A DNA stretch of 64,000 nt from assembly GCA_051362555.1 (NCBI GenBank), contig CM120645.1:2356001-2420000 (forward strand), written 5' to 3'. The position numbers and the translations under genes are program-made. Positions within the stretch are counted from its first letter, which is position 1. Each line of letters starts with the position of its first letter. Source of the DNA: Lingula anatina. Its lineage: Eukaryota > Animalia > Brachiopoda. Below the pieces are notes generated by a model. That model made no database searches. It was not told where the DNA came from and saw nothing but the letters and a program-made list of their open reading frames with translations. Shown here piece by piece: positions 36,201 to 50,100 of this stretch.

Positions 36201-39200
36201 TTCTCTCTTTAAAAAGATACATGCTAAACTAAAATAATTGTCTAAACTTTGGAAAAAAATGCATCATAGTGTGTGATATCAGATCATAATATTGACAATC
36301 CATGGTGTATTGACATGCACTTGTTGAAAAGATAAGATAAAGATGCCGTATGAAGTTCAGTGGAGGCAGGTTAAACTAATAGAACCAGTTTTCATTACTG
36401 GTTCTGTGTGCAAAGAACCTAGAGGTGTTGAGATTATTTAGAGTTGGCCAGACAAAACCAGTCATTATCTCTTCACACATTACCACATCGTGGCTCTGGA
36501 GACGTGCTGTTGAAACTGGTCCCGTTTATCTAGGAATATCTGGATTATAGTGTACTAGTAATATCAGGGAAGCCATGTTTGATTTTACTTTATTTGCTCT
36601 AAATAGCAACAACTTGGAAGTGTTTGATAAAACTTGTACAGAGTAGTTGTCTTTGACTTTTGCATTAAAAATCTGCATTTTGAAACAATTTCAATACTGC
36701 ATATTTTGCAGTTTCCGATGTTCAGATTTGTCTTACTAGTTAATTGTATATAATAATTATAATGGTTTTCATAGGTTCATTATTATCGGAGCATGTGATT
36801 AATACTGTTATATGTTATTGTTAGGTTATAGCATTTTGTCAGAAATGTGTCATTACCAATGAAGATGACTTTTGAGTATAAAAGAAATTACATAATACAC
36901 TTGTGCCACTATATAACCCAGCATCTGTTTGCATAGCGTCTAGACTTTCTGTTGCTGAAATGTCAAAACTTTATCACTGGTTCCAGATATAATAGAAAGT
37001 AGTTCAGGTCATAGATATGTTTATGTGTTAATTGTAAACATTACTCTCTGATGCTGTTGCCATGATAATAGCTTTAGAAATTGAAAAAAGAGCAAATTAT
37101 TACTTATTTCAAATTATACTTATATACATGATAATTTCTGAAAATTGAATAGTAGTTGGGTACTAATAAAATAGTATGTCTTGGAAAGAAGATGTTTATT
37201 GAAATATGTGAGGTTCTCTGAAAACTGTGAGTAATGACAACTGCTATCCATGATATACTTTGAAATTTGAAAAAAACCTGAATGCATATACTGTAACTAA
37301 ATACGGTTGATAGTTTTCTGATTGTTTAAGACTTAATCAGTATGAATGAATAATTTCTCAAAGATAATTATTGTAATTTTCTTTTACAGCCACAGCAGCA
37401 GAAGAAGATGGCGTCAAAGTTTTCAAATATCCAAGATGGCGGAAGAAGGGCAAGGTCATTCCAGAAATCCTTCAGGAGTACCACTCCGTTGGCGCAGATC
37501 TCAATGTTCTTCCATATTGTACTCAGTTTATTCCCATGGAGGTTATTACGGCACCCAAGAATGAATCTGTCTGCTACCATCCATCTTTGTTGCCTAGACA
37601 CAGAGGAGCATCTGCCATAAACTGGTGAGGGTTTTTTAACGACATTAATAGATTTTGCTAAAAGAAAATGAGTTAATTCCTCCCCCTTTCCCAGACTAGA
37701 CCTTTAAAAAGACAAAATGAATTTTTTCCCCCAAAATAAACAAAGGATTTGTTGCGAATTTGATCCTGGTGGATTTACTTATATAATTGTTTATTTTGCA
37801 GATTTTATTTCATCTTGTTTTTTCAGTTCACAGTGAGAATAACATTTTATGAACATCAAAACATGAATTATTTTTCATTCCAATTATTCACTGATAACAG
37901 GACACTAATCCAGGGGGACAAGAAGGCGGGTTTCTCCATATTCTGGGCAGATGATGGCCTGGACACTGGTCCTATATTGCTGCAGAGGGAGTGCGATGTG
38001 GACCCCAATGACACAGTAGATACACTGTACAACAGGTTCATGTTCCCAGAGGGTATTAAGGCTATGGTAAGCGGAACTCTGCCATAAAGTATATTTGTAT
38101 ATAATGAACACACTGGGGAGTGGGCGGGGTGAGGTTGGGGGTGTGGGGGGGGGGGGGGGTAGACCTGTAGTTGTATCAAGTTTCTGTAATTTGAAACAGT
38201 TAACTGAGAGTTGGCCAAATTAGACGTCTTGCATTTGACAAGATTTCATTTCTCATTACCCAGTTGGAAAGAGTCCACTTTAGCAATGCTTGGTTGAAAA
38301 AAATTATTGTGAGGGTTCTGAACACTAATACAAAATTCTTTTACTCCAAAAGTAGCATTTTATTTTGTGAACTTTCTTATTGAAGTTTGTTTAATTTATT
38401 TGAACTTCTTTGCCCAGGGTGAAGCAGTTCAAATGGTAGCAGACGGCGTTGCACCCAAGGAGAAGCAGTCAGATGAGGGCGCCACCTATGAGGCATTATT
38501 GAGAAAAGAGCTTTGTGAGGTAATATCTTAAAAGTTGATGGAAGAATATAATACCCTGGAGGCAAGGATCAAAATTTTTTTCGTTAAAAAGTGGTACTTT
38601 TAATGTGTAGATCACCTATAAGTAAGCACATATCTTTTTTATACTAATTTGTTTCTTCAAATAATACACAGTTCAGCTTTAAAATATTCACAGTCATTTT
38701 ATTTAAGGTAAATCAGATGTTTTAAATTTATATTTGATTTTTTTCTACAGATCAACTGGGATCAATCCGCCGAGTCCCTTCATAATTTTGTCCGAGGACA
38801 TGACCGTCACCCCGGTGCCTGGGCTGTCATTGACGGAGAGGTCAGATTTTGTTAATCAGTATTGCAGGTTCTTAATCATTTTTGTGAAGAATATTACACC
38901 ATCTTTGTCACATTAACGGAAATAAGTTTAAAAGTGTGAGTTTTGACAGTCAGTCATTTGATTATTGATTGGAATAGTGTATATTCTTGTCAAACAGTTC
39001 AGTTTTACCAGTGCATAATAACACTGAATATAATTATTTTCTAGGAGGTAACACTGTATCACTCCAGTCTGTGGACAGAGAGTGTTCCAGAGGGAAGACC
39101 TGTGGACATACAGGGGAAGAACACACCCGCCATTGTGCATGAGGAAGGGATGATTCTCTTTGGAAATGATGGAAAAATGGTTAGGAATCAGATAGAGATG

Positions 39201-41496
39201 ATGAAATGATTGCCTCATAAAGTATATGTAAAAAAGAAGTGAATATGTGTATTTAGTATGGTTTAATAATTGCTCTTTAGCCAAAATTTTTAACATTGCA
39301 TATCAAACTGGTTTCAGAATTATTTTGTATAAGAATATTTTCAAAACATTTTCAAAGGAGATCCAAATGTAAACGAATAGAAATTTAGTCCATGCGTGAG
39401 TAAGTGTGTTTAGGGCATACTGATGTTGACTTGGTTCTCTAAGCTCTTTTCAATGTCTTAAATGTTACTGATTAATAATATGCATAATTATGTTATTCGC
39501 GTAAAACTTAATGACGTCATGAAACTGTAGGTGAACATCAGAACTATGCAGCTGCCCTCTGGGAAAACCATCCACGCCTCTCACTTTGGCCAGGAGGAAG
39601 CACTATATAAAACAGAGATTGAACTCAGCGATGAGGAAAAAGAAATGAAAGAAATAATTTTGGTAAGTATGTTTTTAATTAAATTTGTTGAAGAATAGGA
39701 TGAAGGATTTTTTAGTGTGTAACTTTTGAGTTTAAAAAAGGAGTGGAAAATTTAAAACATAGATGGTAGTCATGACACAAGTTGGGGATTTTTTAATAGA
39801 ATGTTGAAATAGTCCTCATCTCTTTTAGAACATTTGGAGAGGTATTCTCAGTAAAGCAGATATAGATGGCAGCACAGACTTTTTTGCCTCTGGAGCAGCG
39901 TCCATGGATGTCACAAGGTAAACTCTTCTGTTACTTCTGCACAGCACCCATTACTCTTGCACAACAAATTTTTATCCTGCAATTATATGACGATCAGAAT
40001 TTTTCTTTAGTGTTGCAGTTTATCATATGTTGACATTACTGAGTTAAAAGTATATTTTGTGCAAGAAAGTTTAAATAATAAGTATTGGAAGATTCTGTTA
40101 ATTTCCAGTGAGGCATCTTGACAACACTAAGGCTTCGTTCACATGGAATGTCTATTTTCTAAAATCTATTTTCTATTCGCGCTATCTTATGATCACGGTC
40201 TGTGCCCTGAATATCCCGCCGCGTAATTACTGGCAGCGCGAGCCAGTTACTTATAGTAACTTATAGTAACCGGCTCGCGCTGCCAGTAATTACGCCGCGG
40301 GATATTCAGGGCACAGACCGTGATCATAAGACATACCGCAAATAGAATTTAGAAAATAGACATTGCATGTGAATGAAGCCTAAGCCTGTTATCTACTCCT
40401 TTTGAATATTGTCCCCGTAAATAAGCGCGGAATCGTATTTGGTGAATGTTTGCTCTTGTATTTCTCTCAGATTGGTTGAAGAAGTGAAAGAAAAGTGTAG
40501 TGGACTGAAAATTGAAAATGAAGATGTGTATATGGCCACTACTTTTGATGAGTTTATTTATATGGTAGTGCAAAAGAGCAGAGGTTTTGGTGAGCCTGCA
40601 GAGTTTGTGTATGATGCAGTAAGTACTGGGGGAAATAGAGAATCTCAATCTCATTTTCACGAATGTGTATGACAGTTTAAAATCATACAAATTTTTCTCC
40701 GGATAACTTTTTTGATGAAGATACAATTTTTGGACACACACTAAAGAAACTATAACGGTCAGTAACACAAAAAATTGTTTCATTATTTGTTGGATTGTCT
40801 TCCTTTATTTATCAGCCTTATGGTCTTTAACATGCATTCTTTGAGAGAATTTTAGAACTTTGATTTAATTTGGCCCTGCTTTTTGAAATATTTCCAGGTG
40901 AAGATGCACGTCAACAATATGGACCTCTCTTTTCCAAACCAGTTATTTATCAATAATGAATTTGTGGACTCTTCTAATGGGAAGACATTTAATACAGTAA
41001 ATCCTGCTGATGAATCTGTAAGTGTGCAATTAACAATTCTTCTGTAAACTGATATTAGATCTGTGTTAATAATATGATGAGTTTTTCTCATAGACAAGAC
41101 ATAAAGTTTGCAGAAATCCTTTGACAATGCATAGTTTCCATATTTTTTCAAGTAGATTTATTAGTTATGACATTGTTGATCATTTGTTTTAAGCATAAAA
41201 TGTTATAAAATTATAAATACATATGACATATAAACTGTGCTGAGTTAAGTTCATTACAAGCAGTTTAAACCAGGTATGTTTTATTTTTGATGGAAAATTG
41301 AGAGAAAATTATGTTAATTCCAGGTGATATGTAAAGTTGCCTTGGGTACAAAGGAAGATGTTAACAGGGCGGTGGAGTGTGCCAAGGTGAGTGGTGATCT
41401 GAGAGGGAAAAAAGTAATAAGTGATGATCATTATTAAATTATAAATAATTATGATAAGTGAAGGATATTAAATGAATCCCAAATATGATTGCATAT

Positions 41497-41543
<47 letters not shown>

Positions 41544-41597
41544 TTTCCAATGGTGGTAAAATACCAGGAGGCAGTATCGCCTCTCCGATTTTTTAGT

Positions 41598-41644
<47 letters not shown>

Positions 41645-41698
41645 TTTCCAATGGTGGTAAAATACCAGGAGGCAGTATCGCCTCTCCGATTTTTTAGT

Positions 41699-41741
<43 letters not shown>

Positions 41742-42417
41742 TACATATATTCACTTTATTTCCCTAGAAAGCCTTTGATGGCCCGTGGGGGCAGATGAAT
41801 GCCAGAGACAGGGGAGCACTAATGTTCAAGTAAGTGATTTCAGGTTAAGATAATTAGTTCGAGGTATTCACATTAAAAGTTGGAATGTAGGGAATTTATG
41901 TTAATATATAATGTAAACAGGACTCTCAATTTTGTGAAGTTGTCTAGATTTATATACCAAGTGAATAATTTCTTTTTATTAATTACCATTTTCCTTTCCT
42001 AGACTTGCAGATCTAATGGACAAACACAAAGAAGAGTTAGCCACCCTAGAGAGTATAGACTCTGGTGCAGTGTACACCCTGGCCCTGAAAACCCATGTTG
42101 GCATGTCCATAGACACCTTCAAATACTTCGCTGGATGGTGCGACAAGATTCACGTAGGTTTTGTGGCTACAGGGTTTGTAATAAGCACTGATGCATGCTT
42201 GCTGCTGAGGCAAGCACAAGCACACACACAAGAACTTGCATTGAGGCTCAGGATTAATTATTGGAACTTCTTTCCTGTTTTTTTCTGGTGTGATATGAAA
42301 TATGAATATCATGTTACCTACAGTGAATATATCTTAGTATATGTGCAATTGGTCAATTGGAAATTTTCTCTCTTATGCACAACATTGATACAAAAGTGAT
42401 TTGCAGTTTTAAAGAAC

Positions 42418-42448
<31 letters not shown>

Positions 42449-45400
42449 TTCAGGGTAAAACAATCCCCATCAACCACGCCAGACCAAGCAGAAATCTCAC
42501 CTACACAAGAAGGGAGCCACTGGGGTGAGTGTTGTCAACACCTCTGATCCTTTTTCCTATGTTTCACAATTACTTTTTGCTGGTGAAAAAACTGTTGCTA
42601 GATTCAAGTAAAAAGACAATGACTCAAATGCAGGTTCTTGAAGGTTTTCCAGTTTACAATATCTGTAATAAAACTGGAGGGGGGGGGGATTCTGGACTCC
42701 ACGCCATATTTTCTGACTTTTTCATTGAATGGCACTCTCAGCCTCTATTCCCCTGTCATATATATAAACTATCAATATTGACTACTATATTTCCAGTGTA
42801 TGTGGCATAGTTACTCCATGGAATTACCCACTTATGATGTTAGCGTGGAAGACAGCTTCGTGTCTTGCTGCAGGAAACACTGTGGTTTTAAAACCAGCGC
42901 AGGTAAATTTGTTTTCTGATCATAAATTAAGCTTCACTCTTTACGGACATCCAAACCCACAATGGTTAGTCTTAATGGGTCTTATCTTCCAGGTGAATCA
43001 AAAAATATCATGGTGTCATTTTAGCATATATTAGCATAAATAAAAAGGGTAATTTTATGTATTTCTATTTACCTATTTCAGGTCACACCTCTCACGTCCC
43101 TAAAGTTTGGAGAGTTTGTTGTCAGAGCAGGATTCCCAGCTGGTGTCATCAATATAATCTCAGGCTCAGGTAGGTGGCAGCAGTAGTGCAAGACAAGATT
43201 GATCCTGAGCACTATAAATGTTGTTTACAAAACTAAATTCAATTGACCATTGCAATTACTGACAGTAAAATTATTGTTAAAAAGTAAACTCTACCTTTGG
43301 AACTTAGTTAAGAGAAAAACTGGTAAATGGCATTTTAAATTCAGTGTGAAAGGCAGCATAATTGGCTAAGATTTTTGCCAGACTTTCCCCTAAGTCCTTA
43401 CTGTGTGATCCAGTGTTTTCACCATAGAATCAATTCCTCCTGGCTTAGGGGACAGTCCAGTTGTTAGGTCCAGCTGGTAACTGTTTGGGTAAGGAGGAAC
43501 AGAAAGTGGCGGTCAGGAGAAGCTAGCTGTTGGTCCTAGTGATGACCAGGGGCTGATCTTATGACCCTACAGTATTTTTATTTATGTGGTTTGGCTAAGA
43601 TAGTAACCTAAACATAAATGATAGAGATATCACATTGTCACGTAAAACATTCGAGAGATCAGTCATGCTATCAAATCCCTTGAGTATAGGGTCAAAACAC
43701 CATTTCTCGCTGGTAGAACAAAGCTTTTAGATCCTTAGAAATGACTTACTTTTCACATTTTGACGGTATTTGTTCGCGTTGTTCCCCCTACAGGTTCAGT
43801 GGTGGGACAGGGCATTGCAGACCATGAACAAGTGAGGAAGCTTGGCTTCACTGGCTCCACACCAATTGGAAAGACCATCATGGAGAGGTAGGGGTGATCC
43901 TAGTTTATATAATTATTCTGTTTAAATCTTAAAGAATTAAACTTTTAATTAAATAAAACAATGTGATGTGAGCCTTTTTGGTCCAATAATGAAAAAAAAA
44001 ACATCTTTTAGTAAATAGAACATTCTGAATAGATAATATTAATAAATAGATGATGTTGATATAAGTCAGCGAATAAAGACCATGGGCTGTTTAAGATTAC
44101 AGGAGATCATTGAAAAAGTTTGCTCATCAGCCATCATCTCTTTGTTTTAAATAATCTTTTTAGCACAACTCTTCACCTTTGCACTGATTTTATAGATAAA
44201 CGCATGTGTCTGAATCTAACCAAATGGCTGATAAGCTAGCTCTGTTTTGTTTATTTTAATTTTTTTTCTAATATATTAATATATTTGTTTATCAAAACTG
44301 TTAACGTCTGTTCTTCATCCCTCTAAAGCTGTGCCAGAAGTAATTTGAAGAAAGTGTCCCTGGAATTGGGAGGGAAGTCCCCGCTGATCATCTTCAATGA
44401 CTGTGACTTGGACAAGGCCGTCAGAATGGCAATGAGCTCTGTCTTCTTCAACAAAGGAGAGAACTGCATTGCTGCCGGCAGGCTGTTTGTGGAGGAGGGA
44501 ATCCATGACAAGTTCCTAGACAGAGTGGTAAGTAGTTGAGAGTTTAGTTGGTGGGTCATTTTGTGTGTGTGTGTGTGTGTGTGTGCGTGCATGCATGTGT
44601 GCGTGTGTGTGTGAGAGAGAGAGGAGGGGGGAGATGGTGCACTCTATCAAAATGAAGGAAATGGATGTCTTAAATTCAATAAATTACAGAAAAAAAAAAT
44701 TTTGATGTCACTGTTAATGGTAATGGGGAAAGGGCTGTACTTAATGTAAAGGAAAGTATTTCAAGAGGTAAATGTGATAGATATTTGGATTAAGGGAAGA
44801 ATAGCTCAAAATTGTTGAGAAAATATATCACTTTCCTGCTTGGTGTTCCAGGTCACAGAAGTAAAGAAAATGAAGATAGGCAATCCCCTGGACAGGTCCA
44901 CAGACCATGGTCCTCAAAACCACAGGTATGTTACGCTCTCAGTGTTCTTAGTTAACACACACATTTGAGAATAACAAGGGGACATTCTGGAGCATTTTAC
45001 TGCATGGAATAGTTGAAAGATGGATAAGATTTTATCACATTTCTTATATTCCAGAGCTCATTTAGAGAAGTTGATAGAGTACTGCCAGATAGGGGTAGAT
45101 CAGGGAGCCACGCTAGTGATGGGAGGCAAACAGGTAGACATCCCAGGTAAGAAACATAGATCATTAAAAAAATTGCTTTGCCATTAATAGTCATGTTTGT
45201 CTATGTAAAGACATATCGATCATATTTCTTTCACTTTTAGCATTTTGTTGATAAGGCTTTTTGCCATTCATTCAATGTCTCATGCACTAATATTTATTGG
45301 GTTACGGTCAGGGCAGTAGTTAGTTTGCACTGTGCTCTGTTCTAGTTTCTTACTGTAGAAGCTTGGAGAGCAAGATGAAGTGCAATATTAATGCTGACAT

Positions 45401-46395
45401 GTCGACTTGCTGTGCAGTCTGTAGTACAGCGAGGGTTTATGTGGGCAACATTTGAAAGAAAGTTATCAAATACACATGTAGCAATATATTAAATTTGCTG
45501 GATTCTACCATATAGTCCTGTCACTTTTAAAAATAGATCTTGGTAACTTTTATAATTGTTGATTGTATGCATTGTTATTCCAATCATTTAAGTAGGATTA
45601 TTAAATCTACTTCAGTTCTTAGAATTAATTAGCTGCTATTTTCCTGTAGGTTTGTACATGGAGCCCACAGTTTTCACAGATGTTGAAGATCACATGTTTA
45701 TTGCCAAGGAAGAGTCCTTTGGGCCTGTCATGGTGATATCTAAGTTTAAGAATGGGTAAGTGCTAAAATTCAGATGAGTCATTTGATTTAAGTGCAGATA
45801 TATAATATGATCATGTTATATATTGATAAAATTTGATTGAAAAATTATAGGAAACTATGTTTTTCTGTAATCAGTCAAAGTTGTGGTCTCTGGTTAGAAA
45901 GTGATATTCTGTGTGTTATCCCATCTTGCAATACTAAGTCCACTCTTCAAAAATAAATTAATGGAATTAGTAAATTTTATCACATACCAAATCTTGCAAA
46001 AATATAAAGCTTCCTGTGTGATTTCAGTGACACAGAAGATGTAGTAAGAAGAGCAAATGACACAGAATTTGGTTTGGCATCAGGAGTGTTCACAAATGAC
46101 GTGAGCAAAGCATTGTGGGTAGCAGACCACATTGATGCCGGGACAGTATTTGTCAACACATACAACAAGACAGATGTTGCTGCTCCTTTTGGTGGCTTCA
46201 AGCAGTCTGGCTTTGGAAAAGATTTGGGTAAGTTTTCTAAATACAAGTCTTATGGTAGATTTTTGTCTGAACATGGAAATAATGTTTCCCATGAAGATTG
46301 ATGGCAGTCTTATGCCCCTTATGTTTCAGTCAAATATAGGCATTGGGAATTTTATTTGTACATGCTGTACTTGATTTTCAAATAACTTAAAAAAA

Positions 46396-46428
<33 letters not shown>

Positions 46429-47073
46429 GGGGGGGGGGCAGTCCAACCTAATCATTGTCAACAATTGTCACATCTGTCACAACTGTGCAATGACATGACT
46501 GGTAAATGGTGCAATGTCATAGATTTCTGGTCAATTATGTGTTGTTGTCAATAAAAGTTCTGCTAACCTGCAAAATCCATACCTATTAAAACAAGATGAA
46601 GCCTGTGCCCATTGGCCTATTTCCATATTCTCACTAGACTCCTTGGAATATAAAACCCTTGAGACCATGCAGTTGATCAGTAGCAGATTAAAAAGAATCT
46701 TCAGAGATATTTCATGGATTCTATCTAATATTAAAGAAAATGAAGGCATCTGGGGTGACCCTAAGCAGAAACCATAAAAAAGATTTCTGTTTGAACTAAA
46801 TGGGGATGCATCTCATGGGATTGCATCTCCAATGACAGAAACCTTCTGAAAATCCTCATGGCTTTTCTCTATTCTCTGACCAGTTTTAAACTGAGAATGT
46901 ATTGATAACCACTACTTGATATGACCTAAATCCAAGAAATGAAACTCTGGGGATAGTGTTTGGTCTGTTGGTATTTAACACTTTGGAGAATAAAATCCCC
47001 TGGGTCTTTTCCGTGGTCTGTACAATGTCATATGGTGAGAAAGCTGAGTTTTAGAAAGCTGCTGGTACATTTG

Positions 47074-47123
<50 letters not shown>

Positions 47124-50100
47124 GGTGGAAAAGCTCCTGAGATAGAATGTGCATAGTTAAAAAAAATGCATCTATAGGCATTTAGATTCTCTGATTCAGG
47201 GAATTAATTTATCAAGAGGGAGAGAGAGAGATTCCCTGTACACTCCACTAGATAGATGGATAGAAAGCCAGTGAGAACCTAATGTATTTATATCAGTGTG
47301 TGGTTAGACCACAGTTGAATGACCAGTTGTTTCAGCTAGCCCACGAGATTGAACACATGGGTTTGCTTTTATCGCTTGCCCAGTAGATTTCAAATATTAG
47401 TACATTCAATTTGACCTATTCCACTTGAACACCTTGATGTGTTTTATATGGAATACATTGGCTGATTTTTAGTGGAGTCACTGTAGCTGTCAGGCAATCT
47501 GTATCTGTATCAAGGTTCAACCTAGAATGGTTTTATCTAAGTGCTCCAAATGCTCAACATATTCATGTTTGGCAAGAGTAAGTGTAAAATATTCTGCTAA
47601 TTGGGACAAATTTGTCATCTGATAAAAGAAAATGATATCTATAATTAGCCAAATTTTGTTTGAAAGAGATATTGCAGTAAGACCAAGGTCTGTGTAGATG
47701 ACTGAATGCTGATTATGGCAGGTTAACTTTAAACTGTACATGAACTGCCAGCTTGTAGTATGAAATAGGAAATCTGATCAGTGAGGTTATGTAAGTAATA
47801 GTACCAAACCTAAACTTAATACATCATAGGCAAAAAAGATCCAGAAAAACAATTCCAGGGCCTTACAAATACAGGCCCATGGTGCCACCCCCTACCCTCC
47901 TCTCGAGGGCAATGCTCTTTCTATTCTTCTGAACATGCTGTTCTTCAAGTCAAATATCTTATACTCACTGGGCAGGTTTGCATATTCAAATTTTACTTAT
48001 CTTTGCCTTTGACACTTTTTTTTTCTGGAGAGGGGGGCTTACTGCAAATTTTTCCAAGACATCTGCAATACCCTCATATCAAGTAAAACAATATCTGAGC
48101 TATGTAATACTTATCTGGAAAAAAAAGCACCCACAGACCTCATTAGTATATGATTTTGACCAGCAGATGAGAGAGCAAAACCCAAGAGACTGCAAGATGT
48201 ATAACATGGCTGATATCTGAAACTCCACATAATTCATTTCTGCATGAAATACACACCCTGGCTTCACCCAGCCATTTTTTATTAGTCATCAAGGTGCTTT
48301 CCAGCATACATAGGTAAATAATTAAATGTGTATTAGGGTAATTTGCTTTTTTTTACGAAGGAGAATCTTTCAAGCTGAACAATACTTAGTGAATCTATCA
48401 TTTATTATGTGAAAAAAGAGATTTTAAGCTGAGGCACAATATGCCAGTAACTTGGAAGGTTGTAATAATCAGTTTGTCATATGTTGTCTGCCAAGGGTAG
48501 TATGATGTGAAAGAAACCCAGAAATAATGGTTAGAAACATTTTTCCTTCCTTTAAAAATGATCTTGTTATCAAACTAAAGAAAATATACAGCTAGATAAT
48601 TTTATACAGTTCACAGATGATTTATTTACGGTGAAGTCTCTTGATTTTGGTGATTTTGGATTGTAAATTGTAGCCCTATGGCTTAAGTGTTTTGAGTGCC
48701 GCTTCTACCGGAGTTGCACAGAAACAACAGCCCACACAGTATTTAAAAAAGCTGTGTTTTAATTGAAAAATCAATCACAGCCCGTGCTGGTTCTGTGCTG
48801 CAGTTATCAGTTATGCAAATTTAATGAGAGTTGCCAGTAGCTTTAATAGAATTACACCCCCAGGAGGCGGCCAAGTTTAAAATGGAAGATCTCTCTATCA
48901 AATATTCACCAGCTTATCCAGGAGGTTCATTTTTTTTTTTTTTTCTGCCTAAGTGTGAGAAGGGAATTTGAAGGGTTCTGAAGCGCTTGGGATTGTATTG
49001 GATCCGCTGGTGTGTCTGATGTTAATGGCAGTTGGACACCTTTCAAAGTGTACTTGAAAGGGAGCTTTCTTCCTGGAAAATTTATGAATATGCAAATATA
49101 AGAGAGCATTGTGTTTGCTGGAAATGCTTTGAGCGCCTCTCATGTATTTTGAAAAGGCTAAATGTTCTTTTATCTGTAGATGAATAGGGGGTGTTTAGAA
49201 TGGTAGAGCAAAGTTTATGTTTGTCGGTAAGAGGGCTTTCAGGTCTGTGTCTCCTTTATGAGAGTTGTTTAACATTTTCACTGCTTGATTGTGATCCATT
49301 GTTCATGATAAAACGTAGTCGATTAGAAAATCAATCTTTTTATTTGGAACTTCCGTCTTTATTTGATGAATAATTTTACATGAATTTCAGACCACAATTT
49401 TTTTAATTACCACATAATTGCAGAGACTGCTTTCTCAGAGAGTCAACCTTTCTTCATTTATGATTTTATCTTCAAAGCTAAAATCTCACAAGAATAAGAG
49501 AACGTACACAACACACAAACCTCCCCATAAAACAATGCATGATCAAAAGATCCTTTACGTCACAACCTTTTATATCTGAAGCACTGAAAATTAGATCAAG
49601 TATTTCCATGAACTAATTGATGAAGCTAGATCAAATGATATGCTAATTAAGGACCTTTTAAGCAAGCTGAGATTAGGTAGAATTGATTCATCATACGTCT
49701 TGGTTTGGACAAAGATTTGATGTACGGCAGTTCCAGTCAATTACAAATATTGATCAACAAATTTACCTGGGAAGTCGAGCGGTGTATATAGATGTTGCAT
49801 TGCAGGGATTGTTGGTATGACAACTATAGTAATTACATGCTTGGAAAGGAGAAAGTAGCTTGCGGTAACTAAGATGGATAAGACGGATACACCGGAAAAC
49901 TAAATACTACTATTAGCATATGGATGGATGGGTGGAATTTTCAGTCTCTCTCTCTCTCTCGCCCCCCAACCCCCTTTCTTTCCTGTCTTTATTTTTCCCA
50001 TTAAATGGAAGAATACAGTTTGTGTGTAATTTTAGTCAGTGCAAGAAGAAGAAAAGAAAAAAATACCAGAAAGGAACTTGAGTACTGGAGCTGTAGACTT

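Noticed and set aside
43538-43557. C/D box snoRNA candidate (GTGATGA...CTGA) in an ALDH1L intron
   Set aside because: Boxes only about 8 nt apart, far too short, no terminal stem.
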